A stretch of DNA of 33,935 nucleotides, taken from a virus (lineage: Duplodnaviria > Caudoviricetes). The notes beneath the pieces are model-generated. The model was not told the origin of the DNA. It ran no database searches and saw only the letters and a program-made list of their open reading frames with translations. The stretch spans positions 1-33,935 of IMG/VR virus record IMGVR_UViG_3300010370_000122; one strand, given 5' to 3'. This document shows, one piece after another, positions 1 through 11,800 of the stretch; position 1 is the first letter of the stretch; every line of letters begins with the position of its first letter. The position numbers and the translations under genes were made by a program.

Positions 1-330
1 GGCCTGCCCTACGACAGCGACCTCGAGACGCTCCCGATGGCGATCCAGATGGAGGCATTCGGGCAGGGCCGCGCCAAGAACGTCAACGAGGCGTTCCTGC
101 GCGTGTATCGCTCGAGCGGGATCTTCGTCGGCCCGGACAACGACAACCTGACCGAGGCCAAGCAGCGCACCACGGAGCCGTATGGCTCGCCGCCCGGGCT
201 CAAGACCGACGAGATCGGCGTGAAGCTCACCCCGACCTGGCGCCAGTCGGGACGCATCTACGTGCGGCAGTCTGACCCGTTGCCGCTCACCATCGTCGGG
301 CTCACGCTTGAGGTCGCTATCGGAGGATGA
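1..330 (+). CDS. Tail tubular protein B (nozzle), C-terminal fragment, 5'-truncated
   Basis: Frame open from base 1 (GLPYDSDLETLP...). C-terminus VRQSDPLPLTIVGL matches the typical T7 gp12/BPP-1-like tail tube B ending. Lies directly before the internal virion genes. Confidence 0.8.
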   Translation, partial: GLPYDSDLETLPMAIQMEAFGQGRAKNVNEAFLRVYRSSGIFVGPDNDNLTEAKQRTTEPYGSPPGLKTDEIGVKLTPTWRQSGRIYVRQSDPLPLTIVGLTLEVAIGG

Positions 331-331
331 C

Positions 332-1042
332 ATGAGTATTTTCGGACTGTCTCCAGCCATGCAGTATGCAACCAATTTCCCGGTGCAATCCAGGGCCGTT
401 GGCAGCATGCTCGGCAGTTCCACGGCCGAGCCGAGTTTCGCGAGTTCGTTTGCCGAGGCCATGACCGTGGCTGGTCCCATCGCGTCGATCTTCGGGGCCG
501 TGACGGGGGCGGTAGGCTCGTTCTACGCGGCACAGAGCCAGCAGAACCAACTCAAGATGCAGGCCCAGAACCAACGGTTCGCGGCCGAGATGGCTCTCAT
601 CAACCAGCGCGGCGCGGAGTTCACCGCCGGCCAAATCGGGCGCGAGGGGCAGGCGCGGTTCGGTGCGTACTCCATGCGGGCAGGACAGGCCAGGGCGAGC
701 GCACAGGCGGCGTTGGCCTCACGCGGCGCGGTCCTCGGCGTCGGCTCGGCCAAGGAAATCGTCGGCAGCATGGACCTGATGAAGGAGATTGACCGCCTGA
801 ACATCAGCGCCGCCACCGTGCGCGAGCAGGAGGCCGCCCGCTTGCAGGCGTTCAACCTCGGCACGCAGGCCACGATGGCTGGCATCTCGGCCCGCAACCT
901 CGAGGCCACGGCCGGGACCATCTACCCGGGCCTGTCGCTCGGCACCAGCCTGCTCGGGAGCGCAACGGACATCGCCGGCCAGTGGGCCCGCAACCGCCGC
1001 ATCGAGGAGCTGCTCATGGGCGTCTCGCAGCAAAGGATCTGA
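332..1042 (+). CDS. Internal virion (ejection) protein, gp14-like
   Basis: ATG332 after GGAGG. Ala/Gly/Gln-rich with hydrophobic G/A segments and an ASRGAVLGVGS motif. Synteny after tail tube B. Confidence 0.65.
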   Translation: MSIFGLSPAMQYATNFPVQSRAVGSMLGSSTAEPSFASSFAEAMTVAGPIASIFGAVTGAVGSFYAAQSQQNQLKMQAQNQRFAAEMALINQRGAEFTAGQIGREGQARFGAYSMRAGQARASAQAALASRGAVLGVGSAKEIVGSMDLMKEIDRLNISAATVREQEAARLQAFNLGTQATMAGISARNLEATAGTIYPGLSLGTSLLGSATDIAGQWARNRRIEELLMGVSQQRI

Positions 1043-1045
1043 ACC

Positions 1046-2827
1046 ATGCCAACCGTCCCCACGTCATTCGTGCCGCAGGTCGCCCCGCAGGGTGGGGGCG
1101 ACATCGGCCAGTTTCAGGCACCCGGCATCGCGGCCGCCGAGAACCTCGCAGGGCCGCAGGTCGCCCGTTTCGGGCAGGCGATGGTCGGGGCGGGCAATCA
1201 GGCGTTCCGGCTCGGCTCGGCCATCCAGGACGGCATTGACGAGGCTGCGACAAAGGAGGCCGACGTTGCCGCTGGCAGGGCCATGCAGCAAGTCGCCGAC
1301 AAGTACCTCGCCACCGTGGGCAAGAGCGCGGAAACGTCGTTTGCGGCGGCCCAGGCCGATTTGGCGCAGGCAGCGGCAGGTGCCGTTGACATGCTCCAGA
1401 ACGACACGCAGCGTCGAATGCTCGGGCCGATTCTAGCCCGGAACATGGGAGTGTTCCAGAGCCGGATGGCCCAGCACCGGGTGCAGCAGGTCAAGGTCTA
1501 CCAGACGAACGAGTCGGTGGCCCGGGCCGAGTTGAGCGCGGACTACGCCATTCAGGCCTACGCGCAGCGCGCCGAGAAGGACGCCGAGGGACGCCCCATC
1601 GGGCTCATCCGATACGCAGCCAACGCCGACACGGCCGTGGCCGAGATCCGCAAGGCCGGCGAACTGATGGGTTACGCGCCGGATTCGGCGCAGATGAAGC
1701 AGCTGGAGCAGAAGGTCTATGACCGCATGGCGGTCGGGATCGTAAACTCCATGATGATCCAGAATGAATACGGGCAGGCCGACGATTTCCTGTCCGATCC
1801 AGGCACGGCCCAGACGCTTGACGCCAAGACGCTGTCCGCGCTGCGCGAGTCCGTGACCGCCAACCAACAGAAGGCGGTGGTCGGGGAACTGGCGTCGAGC
1901 ATCATGGAGACGGGCCTGCTCATGGCGAAGAGCGACCCCAAGACCTACTGGCAGCAGAAGGACGGGCCCGTGGAGCCGCCCAACACGCTGCGCGAGGCGC
2001 TCGAGCTTTCCGAGCAGATCAAGGACGATGACACCCGCAAGTACGTGCAGAACGAACTGCGGACCCGCTACGCGCAGGAGGACGCGCTCATTGACCGCGA
2101 GTACGGGACGCTCATCGACAACATTGAGCAGTTCCTCGCGGTTCCAGGCAACTCGCTCGCCGACGTGCCGCCCGACATGTTCGGACGGCTGCGGCCCGTG
2201 GACAGGCAGAAGTTCCTGCGCGGCCAACGCGAGCATGACGAACTGACGCTCATGGAGCAGGTTGCGCGCAACCCGTCACTCGTGGCCGAAGGTGATTGGC
2301 TTGAGCGCAACCGCAGCAAAATGACGCACGCCACATTCGTGCGACTGCTCGGCGAGCGCAACAAGCCAGACCGTATCCTATCGGCGACAATAGATGCCGA
2401 CCAACTCGAGGCCACGCTGACGCGCAACGGATTTAATACGCTTGCGGCACCGCCACGTGGCGACAAGCAGGCCGCCGAGCAGTCCCTATTCCTGCGCGAC
2501 AACGTCAAGACCATGATCGACGCGGAGCAGGCGCGCATTGGTCGCGCCCTGTCACGGCCCGAGAAGCAGGCAATCATGGACCGCGCCATCCTCGATAAGG
2601 TCTACGTGCAGCGGTCATGGAGCCGTGACCCGGAGGTGCCGTTCTCGGCGCTCGGGCCAGGGGAATTGCAACAGGCATACGTCACGGTCGGGGATACTGA
2701 AGTGATGATCCGCGACATTCCGGAGCGTCGAATCATGCAGATTCGCGACGCGCTTGAGCGTGCTGGGCTTCCAACCAATCTTCAAAGCATCGCGGACGCA
2801 TGGGTACGCGCAGGCAAGCCTCAATGA
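1046..2827 (+). CDS. Internal virion (ejection) protein, gp15-like
   Basis: 593 aa, helical and Ala-rich, MPTVPT N-terminus typical of this slot. ATGA overlap with the next gene. Confidence 0.65.
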   Translation: MPTVPTSFVPQVAPQGGGDIGQFQAPGIAAAENLAGPQVARFGQAMVGAGNQAFRLGSAIQDGIDEAATKEADVAAGRAMQQVADKYLATVGKSAETSFAAAQADLAQAAAGAVDMLQNDTQRRMLGPILARNMGVFQSRMAQHRVQQVKVYQTNESVARAELSADYAIQAYAQRAEKDAEGRPIGLIRYAANADTAVAEIRKAGELMGYAPDSAQMKQLEQKVYDRMAVGIVNSMMIQNEYGQADDFLSDPGTAQTLDAKTLSALRESVTANQQKAVVGELASSIMETGLLMAKSDPKTYWQQKDGPVEPPNTLREALELSEQIKDDDTRKYVQNELRTRYAQEDALIDREYGTLIDNIEQFLAVPGNSLADVPPDMFGRLRPVDRQKFLRGQREHDELTLMEQVARNPSLVAEGDWLERNRSKMTHATFVRLLGERNKPDRILSATIDADQLEATLTRNGFNTLAAPPRGDKQAAEQSLFLRDNVKTMIDAEQARIGRALSRPEKQAIMDRAILDKVYVQRSWSRDPEVPFSALGPGELQQAYVTVGDTEVMIRDIPERRIMQIRDALERAGLPTNLQSIADAWVRAGKPQ

Positions 2828-5800
2828 TCGAACCCGACATCAACGAACGTATGGCACGATTCGCCCCCTCGCAGAACATGGGCGATCCAGGCGACGATGC
2901 AATCGAACGCGCCGTGGCAGGAATGGCTGGGGTGCCGGCGCGTCCGAAGTTTGAGCAGGATGCGGACATCGACGCCGCCGTGCTCCAGATCGCGGGCGAA
3001 CGCAGGCAGGACATGGCGGCGTCGCTGATGGCAGCATCGCAGGTCAACCCGGATCAAGCGGCCCGTGCAAGCAAGCTCGGCGAGCAGTTCGGGGTAGGTC
3101 AGGACATCGCCCTCCGCAACATGCAGGAACTTGAGCGCGAAGCTGCCGTACGCGACATCTTGCGTATGGACCTGATGCGAAATGACCCGGTGCTCGCCAG
3201 GTACTTGGCAGACCGCGCATTTGCGTCAGAGGCGCGGGACGATGTTGGGACGTTGGCAAAGGTGAAAGGAATCATCGGAGGAATTGCCGAGATCCCGCAA
3301 TCCGTGTCGGAGGGATTTCGGCGAGGCATCGCAACCTACGAACTCGCCGAACTCATTGAAAGGCAGCGCCAACGTGGTGGCAAAATTGATGTCCTAGAAC
3401 AGGCCGCTATCAATTCCATCAATGAGGAAATTGCGCTGCTTGGTCAGGAAAGCGGATTCTGGGAAAGTGCCGCAACCATTGTGACCCTGAACTTGGCGCA
3501 GGCCCCGGAATACGTTGAACCAATTGTCACTGGCGGTGTTGTCGGAGGTGTCACTGGCGCCACGTTGGGTTTGGGCGGTGGGCCAGTGTCGCCCGCCACG
3601 GTGCCGGCTGGCATGTTGACTGGCATCGGACTTGGCCTCAAGGCTGGAGCGGTGACTGGTGCATTTGAGGCGTCCAGGCGGCTTGAAACGGCACTGCTCT
3701 ACGGGCAAGCACTTGAGGAGGGATTGGATCACGATGCGGCCAACAAGGTTGCGCTCGCCGGAGGAGCCGTATCTGGATTGCTTGAATTAGTCGGAGTCGG
3801 CGTGGCTGGCAAAGCGTATTCGCTTGCCGTCAAGCAAGTTGTACGGCGCAGCATGAACGAAGCCTTGAAGAACCGAACCAAGGCTGCGGTTCTCAAGGAG
3901 GTCGGAATCCTCTATGTTGGCGGTGGACTTGGCGAAACCGCCACCGAAGTCTCGCAGGAAATCGTCAATCAAACGGCGATTGAAGCCGGCAAGTTCATGC
4001 GCGACAAGCCCATGATCTTTGATGATCCGCAGGCCATGCAGGAGTTCGGTGACCGATTGGTCGATACTGCCATTGAAACGGCGCAAGGGATGGCAATCAT
4101 TGGAGTTCCTGGCGCCGGCATTCAGCTGTATTCCGGCGTTCGTCGTGCTGCGAAAGCAGAACAGCAGCAACAGGTCATCCTCGGACTTGTAGAGAACCGC
4201 AAAGAAAGCGGCCTTGCGAAGCGCAACGAAGTGGCGTACGAACGTTTCCTTGCTGGGCAGACGAACGGAACGCCCGCAGAAACTATCTACATTGACGGTA
4301 CGGCGGCGCAACAGGTACTAGCACAGAGCGGAGTTTCAACGGCGCAGCTTGAGGAGATCCTCCCGGGAATCCGTGAGCGCATTTCGGAGGCCGTCCATAC
4401 GGGCGGCGACGTGACCATTCCTACGGCGCTATTCGGGGCACGGTTGGCGAATACCGATCTTGGAACGGCCATGCTTCCGCATGTGCGATTGTCGCCTGAT
4501 GCCATGAGCATGACCGAGGCGCAGGAGTTTGCCACGCGCCGGCAGGAGGTCGTTCGCGAGGCCGAGCAGATCCTTGCACAGAAGCAGGAGGCCGACGCGA
4601 CGTTCGTGCAGCAGGCGCGGCAGATTGAGGACACGCTCGCCTCGCAGATCGTGGCGACCGGGCAGATGGACGAGAAGGCGGCGCGCTCAAGCGCGCAGTT
4701 CATGCGCGACTTCTACGTCACGCAGGCGGCGGCGTTGGGCATGTCACCGCAGCAGGTGTACGAGCGTTTCCCGGTGCGCGTGGAGGGCGCGATGCCTGCG
4801 GTTGCCGCGCCGCTCGAGCAGGCCGACCAGTTCGACCAAGCGGGCCAGCGCCGCACGGACACGCCGGAGTTCAAGGCATGGAGCAACAATGCGCCAATAG
4901 TGCAGGGCGAGGCGACGGAGTTCGCAACACGCCAGCCGTTCGCTGGAAAAGCGTATCACGGATCACCAGTTACAGATATTACGGAGTTCGATCCGTTTGC
5001 GCCGTCGCGGTTCCGCAAAGAACTGGAACGCGGCATGGGCGCGATCTGGTTCGGAGCGGAACCTGCAACAGCAACAAACTTTGCAGGCATGGCCGGAAGT
5101 GTGTACCCGGTTTATGTCACGTTGCAGAATCCGCTGGTAATAGACGCAGCCAAGGAAGCGCAGCCAGATTTGTATGTTCGGCTACAGGGCGGCCAAACCA
5201 TTTACGACATTCAATACATCAAAGCCGCTGCTATTGCTCGCGCAAAGCGCGATGGCCATGACGGCGTTGTATTTGTCAACGCCTACGACGGTGCGCCGGT
5301 CGGTGGCAAAGCAACAATCTATGCCATATTCAACCCGACAGATATCAAGTCAGTCAACAACCGCGGCACCTGGTCGCGCACGGCGGCGAACATCATGGAG
5401 CAGGCGGCGACGATGGACGCCGAGTACCTCGCTGCCGTTGAGCGCGGAGACATGGAGACGGCGCAGCGCATGGTGGATGAGGCAACGGCGGTCACTGGAT
5501 ACACAGAAAGCGGGATGCACGGACTTTCGCGTGGAAAACTCGTTGGGAATCAATTTGACCCCAAGCTGCTCGGTAGCAACACTGGGGCGGCAAGCGCGAA
5601 ATTGGGATTCTTCTTTGGGTCAAAAGCAACGGCGGCAACGTATGCATTTGACATTGATCCAGTGGCCGCCCGCAAGCATTCCAAAAAGTTGCAGTCATTG
5701 TGGAAGCAGCTAACTGACAAAATTCCAGAACAATACCGGTATCTGTTGACGGGTTCGATGCAGATAGAGTCAGATCGTGGGCCGGATGCATTCTTCCCAA

Positions 5801-8800
5801 CGGCAGATCCAGATCAGACCGGAGAGCAAGTTGCGTTTGACGCCGAGGAGTATTACGGCCGTCTTGGCGATGGGGCGATGTTCGCGCAAGAGGACATCAT
5901 GGGCATCGCCGACCTTATGTCTGCTAAAGACGGTCAAAGACTGAATGAATACGTAGAGAACAAATGGATTCCTATGTGGATGTCTGCTCTTGATGTTGCG
6001 ATGAGCGAGGTGCAATCCACAGACGCATCAATATTGAATGTCAAACTGAAGATGCAGAATCCGTTGGTGTTTGACTTCAAGGGAAGTCGATACCGCGATG
6101 TGTCATATGCACAAATCATCAGTAGAGCGAAAGAACAAAATCACGATAGCGTCATTCTGAAGAACACCTATGACGGGGGTGGGCTTGATGACATCAAGAT
6201 CGTTTTTTCTCCCGAGCAAATCAAGTCCGCCGACCCCGTCACCTACGACGAGGCCGGCAACGTCATCCCGCTGTCGCGCCGCTTCGACATCACCAGCCCG
6301 CGGATCTTTGAGCAGGCGGCGGTGCCAGAACGCGAACTTGGACCGATTGAGGCAGCCAAGCGGCTCGTGCAAGAAACGGGACGCGAAGCATTTACTGATG
6401 CTGATGAGTTCTTCAAGAAGCGATGGAACGACCTTCTCAAGGAAACAAAGCGACAAGTAAAGCCGACTCCTAGGAACTTCCGAGAAGCCGCGAAGCGCGC
6501 AGTCGCTGACATTCTTGATTTCGTCAAGAACAACCCGAAGTTCGCTGATTACTACGCCAACGACTGGAAGGTGACGCGGTCAATTCTTGACGATTACATC
6601 GGACGTGCGATCACCGATGACGAGTTTGCGATGTTCCGCACCATCGCCGGCTTGACATCGCCGAACACGATGTTGCCGGCGAATATCAGCGACACGGTTG
6701 GGTTGTGGGACCATTGGATGCGAGAAGGCAACTTCGACGCATTCACGCTCGGGCCAAAGCCCGGAACTGGGGCGCTCGTGGTGTTTGAGGCAGCCGAGCC
6801 AATTAGCGGAACGACGGCAAACGTCAAGGTGCGAACGATTCGCATCATTGAACGGCTGATCAAGGAACGTGGCGGCGTCACGCAGGCGCTTGAGTACTTG
6901 CAGGAAGGCGTTCCGGTAAAGGAACTGCACAAGTTCAATCGCAAGATGGGCTATGCCGGCGCAGTCGGCGACATCGGAAACATCACCGATCTCGTCCAGC
7001 AGGCGACAGGACAGAGTGAACTGATTCCGCGCATGTTCATCTTCGGGCAGAAGGTTGGCGCCTACACGCTCAATGCGATTGGGGACGAGCGATACACCAC
7101 CGTAGACATCTGGGAATCTCGGTACATCCGCAGCCATTTCACGGGCATGTTCGATATCAACATCGGGCTGCCGGAAAGCACGGACGAGCATCAGATTTTC
7201 ACGCGGTTTGGTGACCTGTTCAAGGAAGAAATGGAGGCCGTTACCGGGCGCAAGTGGGCGCCTTCGGCCTTGCAGGCACTGCGTTGGTTCTATATCATCG
7301 GATCGGCACGGGAAGCCGGCTACAGCAAGGCGAGCACCAATGAAACCATCAGCTTCTACACCGAACGGCGACTCGTCCAAGCCTTTGGATACCCGGGACG
7401 CGCTGCAACTGGCGGGGGACCGGGCGTTGGAACGACTGCGCCTGGAGGTGCAACAGGGCAAGTTCGCGCTGCCAGAATCCCGCCGAAGCGGTTTGAGCGC
7501 GACCTCGAGTCCGATGTCGCCAAACTCCCAGATCCAGCCGACAGGCGCCGCGCCATCGCAGCCGGGTATGTCCGCTATGCAAGATATAATTCGGAGCTCG
7601 GTCAGCGAGGGTTCTCGTTTGACGAACGCCGAGGTGGACCAGCTCGACAGCATGGGACTCTGAACGCGACGGTCGCTGCCGATTTTGTTCCTGGCGAGCG
7701 GTTGAAGGCGGCATTTGGGAAGGCGAATCTTCCCATTCAGACAATTCAAGAACTGGTGGCGGATGATGCTGGGGCGACTGCGTTTCAGTCACTTGTTGCA
7801 GCCACGAATAGTTCGACCCAATATGGCGCAGCAGTTGCCGTGTATCAGGCAGCGGACTATCAAGGCAAGAGATTGTTCGTGACGGAAGACGGAACGGCGG
7901 GTTTCGCGCTTACGTCAGATGGTGACATTGTGTCGGTGTTCAGCGCCAACAAGAGCGGCAATGGTCGTGCATTGATGATGGCGGCAGTGCAAGCCGGAGG
8001 ACGCCGTCTTGATTGTTTCGACACCGCGCTTCCTGGCTATTACGCAGCGCACGGATTCAAGGCGGTTGCTCGCATTGCTTGGAATGACGAATACGCACCA
8101 CCCGGATGGAACATGGAGACATTCAAGGCCTTCAACAACGGCCGGCCTGATGTTGTGTTCATGGTGTACGAAGGTGGCTACAACGGGGAATACAAGGCTG
8201 GTGCTGGCGAAAAAGTAAAAACGTATGACGATGGTGTGCAGTCGCAGACCACAGCCCTGCAAGCCATTGCCAAAAGTCAGGTGTTTGAGCAGGCGGCTCG
8301 CGGCCCAGCCCGCGGCGGGTTCGACCCAAAGCGCCTGACCACGATCCTCAACAAGACGGCTGACCTCTCTACGTTCCTGCACGAGTCGGCGCACGCCTTC
8401 CTGACGTTCTACGAGCAGGTCGCCGCCACGCCAGACGCGCCGGCGCGCATCGTGTCGGACATGGACGAGCTGCTGCGGTGGTTCAAGATCGACGGCGCCA
8501 CGCCGGCCGAGCGCATCGCCAACTGGAACGGGCTGACGCTCGACCAGAAGCGCAAATACCACGAGACGTTCGCGTACAACTTCGAGGTCTACCTGTTTGA
8601 CGGCAAGGCGCCGAGCGTCGAAATGCAGGGACTGTTCGAGCGGTTCAGCGCGTGGCTCAAGCGCGTCTACCGTTCCATCCGCGATGACCTGAACGCGATC
8701 TACCGCCGCGAGTTCGGGGAGGACTTGCCGATCCTGACGGGCGAGGTGCGCCAGGTCATGGACCGCATGCTCGCCACCGACGAGCAGATCAAGCGGCAGG

Positions 8801-11800
8801 CCGCCATCAACGAGATGAAGCCGCAGTTCCAGACGCAGGAACAGAGCGGCATGGACGATGCCGAGTGGGCCGCGTACCAGGCGATGCAGCAGGAGGCCAT
8901 CGAGGCGTCCGTCACGGACATGAACAAGGCGAGCATGCGCCAGCTCCAGTGGCTGGGGAACGCCCGCAGCCGCATCCTGCGCGACATGCAGAAGAAACAC
9001 GACGCCAAGCGCAAGGAGGTGGCCGCCGAGGTTGCCGCCGAGCTGCGCGTCGAGCCCGTGTACCGCGCCATGACCTACCTGCGGACGGGGAAGTTCATCG
9101 ACTCGGACGGGGCCGAGGTCACGGTGGAAGGTCCGCACCGCCTCGACACCAAGCGCACGCAGGCGATCTATGCGGGCCTGCCGACCGAGAAGGACATGGA
9201 AGCCGTGCGCGCCACTGGCATGGCGATGCCGAAGGTGTTCGCGCCCGACATCGCGAAGCTCGGCACGGGCAAGTACGGGATGCTTGGCGTGGACGGGCTG
9301 GACCCGGACGTGGTCGCCGAGACGTTCGGCTTCGGCAGCGGCGACCAGATGATCCGTGCCCTGCTCGCGGCCAAGCCCATCAAGGAGGCGGTCGCCGAGC
9401 GCACGGACGCCGAGATGCTGCGTCGGTTCGGGGACATGAACACCCCCGAGGCGCAGGAGGCCGAGGTGCAGAAGGCGCTCCACAACGAGGCCCGCGCCCG
9501 GTTCGTGGCCGTGGAACTGCGGCACGTGGCCCGCGCCACCGAGCCCGTGCGCGTCATGCTCGAGGCCGCCAAGCAGGTCGCCCGGGAACTCATCGCCGGC
9601 ATGACCCTGCGGGAAGTGCGCCCCGCCGACTTCATCGCCGCCGAGGCCCGCGCCGCCCGCGACGCCGGCCGCATGGGAACCACGGTCAACCCGGAGGCGG
9701 TCGGTCGTGCTGCGTATACCCGGACATACAACGAGCGGATCGCGGCAGGGGCCGACGAGGCAACGGCTGTAGCCGAGGCCACCACGGCGGCAACGGAGGC
9801 CGCTAGGAAGGCCCAGGAGCGATCCGACGCCCTGAAGGCGCAGTACGGGGCCGACCCGCAGCAGGCGCTCATTAGGGCCAAGCGAGCGCAGCTGTACCAG
9901 AACCAGCTCGCCGCCGAGGCGCTTCGGGTCCGGGAGGAGGTCGCCAAGCAGGTCAAGTACCTGCGGCGCATCCTGCGGGACACCAACGTCAAGGCGATGG
10001 GCGCGCAGGCGGCCGACCAGATTGCCGGCCTGCTCGAGCGGTTCGAGGTGGCCCCGGTCAGCCTCAAGCGGCTGGACGAGCGCAAGGCATTGGCGGCATG
10101 GCTCGCCGAGCAGGAGGCCGCCGGCCTGGTGCCGGACATCGCGCCGGAGGTGGCCGACGAGGCCCGCCGCGTCAACTACCAACAGCTCACGGTGGCCGAG
10201 TTCCGCGACCTTGTGGATGCCATCCGGCAGATCGAGTTCATTGGGAAGAACGAGCGCAAGGTGCAGCTCGCCGCCGAGCGCGCCGCCTACGAGGAGAAGC
10301 GGGACGAGATCGTCACCCGCATCCGGGCGGTCGGGCGTCTGCGCGGGGTCAAGTTTGACCCACGCAGCCCACTCACCAACATCGGCCGGTCTGCTGCCGC
10401 CCTGCGCGGGTTCGCCGCCCAGCACCTGAAGGCGGCGTCGGTCGCCCGCATCCTTGACGGCGGCGAGGACGATGGCCCGCTGTGGACGTTCGCCATCCGG
10501 TCGGCCAACGCGGCCGCCGACATGGAGACGCGCATGCGCGCCGAGGCGTCGGCCAAGCTCGCCGAGATCCTGGCCCCGGTGTTTGCGCTCGGGAACATGG
10601 GCGGCAAGGGCGTGTTCTTCCCGTCCATCAACCGCAGCCTGAACCGCGAGGCGCGGCTCGCCATCGCCATGAACGTCGGCAACGACGGCAACCGCCAGCG
10701 TCTGCTCGACGGCGAGGGCTGGACGATGGAGCAGGTGCAGCCAGTCCTCGAGAGCCTGACCGAAGCGGAGTGGCAGGCCGTGCAGAAGGTGTGGGACTAC
10801 ATCGACACCTACCGCCCGCTCATCGCCGAGAAGGAGCGCCGGCTGTACGGCAAGGAGCCGGAATGGGTCAAGCCGACGCCGTTCACGACGCGCACCGCGG
10901 ACGGGCGCGAGGTGCGACTCGAGGGCGGCTACTACCCCATCAAGTACGACCCCATCGCAAGCGACCGCGTGGCGACCGTGGACGAGGCCGCCGAGGCCAA
11001 GCGTGCGCTTGACGGCGCGTACACCGCCGCCACCACTCGACGCTCGTTCGTCAAGAGCCGCGTGCGCGAGGTGGTCGGGCGCCCGCTGCTCTACACGCTC
11101 GACGCCGCGTTCGGCGGGGTCAATGACGTGATCCACGACCTGGCGTGGCACGAGTGGCTCATCCAGACGCAGCGCCTGCTGCGTGACCCGGAGTTCGCCA
11201 ATGCCGTGCGCGAGACGCGGGGACCGGAGTTCCTAAAGCAGCTGCGCGACTGGGCGAAGGACAACGCGGCCGGCGAGCGCAAGATCGGGGTCGCAGGCGA
11301 GGCGGCGCTGTCGTGGCTTCGGCAGGGCATCAGCGCGTCTGGCCTCGGGTTCAACGTGGTGAGCGCGGCCATGCAGGTCACGGGCTTCAACCAGAGCATC
11401 GTGCGCCTCGGGGCCAAGTACGTCGGGCGCGGCGTCGCGCAGTTCGCGGCGTCGCCCATCGACACGGCGCGCATGGTCGCCGACAAGTCTTCGTTCATGG
11501 CCGAGCGCGGGCGCACGCAGTTCCGCGAGATCAACGAGATCCGCAACCGCGTCCGCGGCCAGACCGAGGTGGCCCGCCGGGTGACGGCAGGAACCTACTT
11601 CCTGATGATGAACATGCAGCGCACGGTGGACATCCCCACGTGGCTGGCCGGCTACCAGAAGGCGCTCGACGCTGGGAAGGATGATGCCACGGCGGTGGCG
11701 CTCGCCGACCAGGCGGTGCGAGACACGCAGGGCAGCGGCCTCATCTCCGACCTTGCCGCCATTGAGCGCGGCGGGCCCGTGATGAAGCTGTTCACGGTGT

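Noticed and set aside
7915-11151. 1078-aa minus-strand ORF
   Set aside because: Antisense shadow of the GC3-biased giant gene. No motifs, no RBS.
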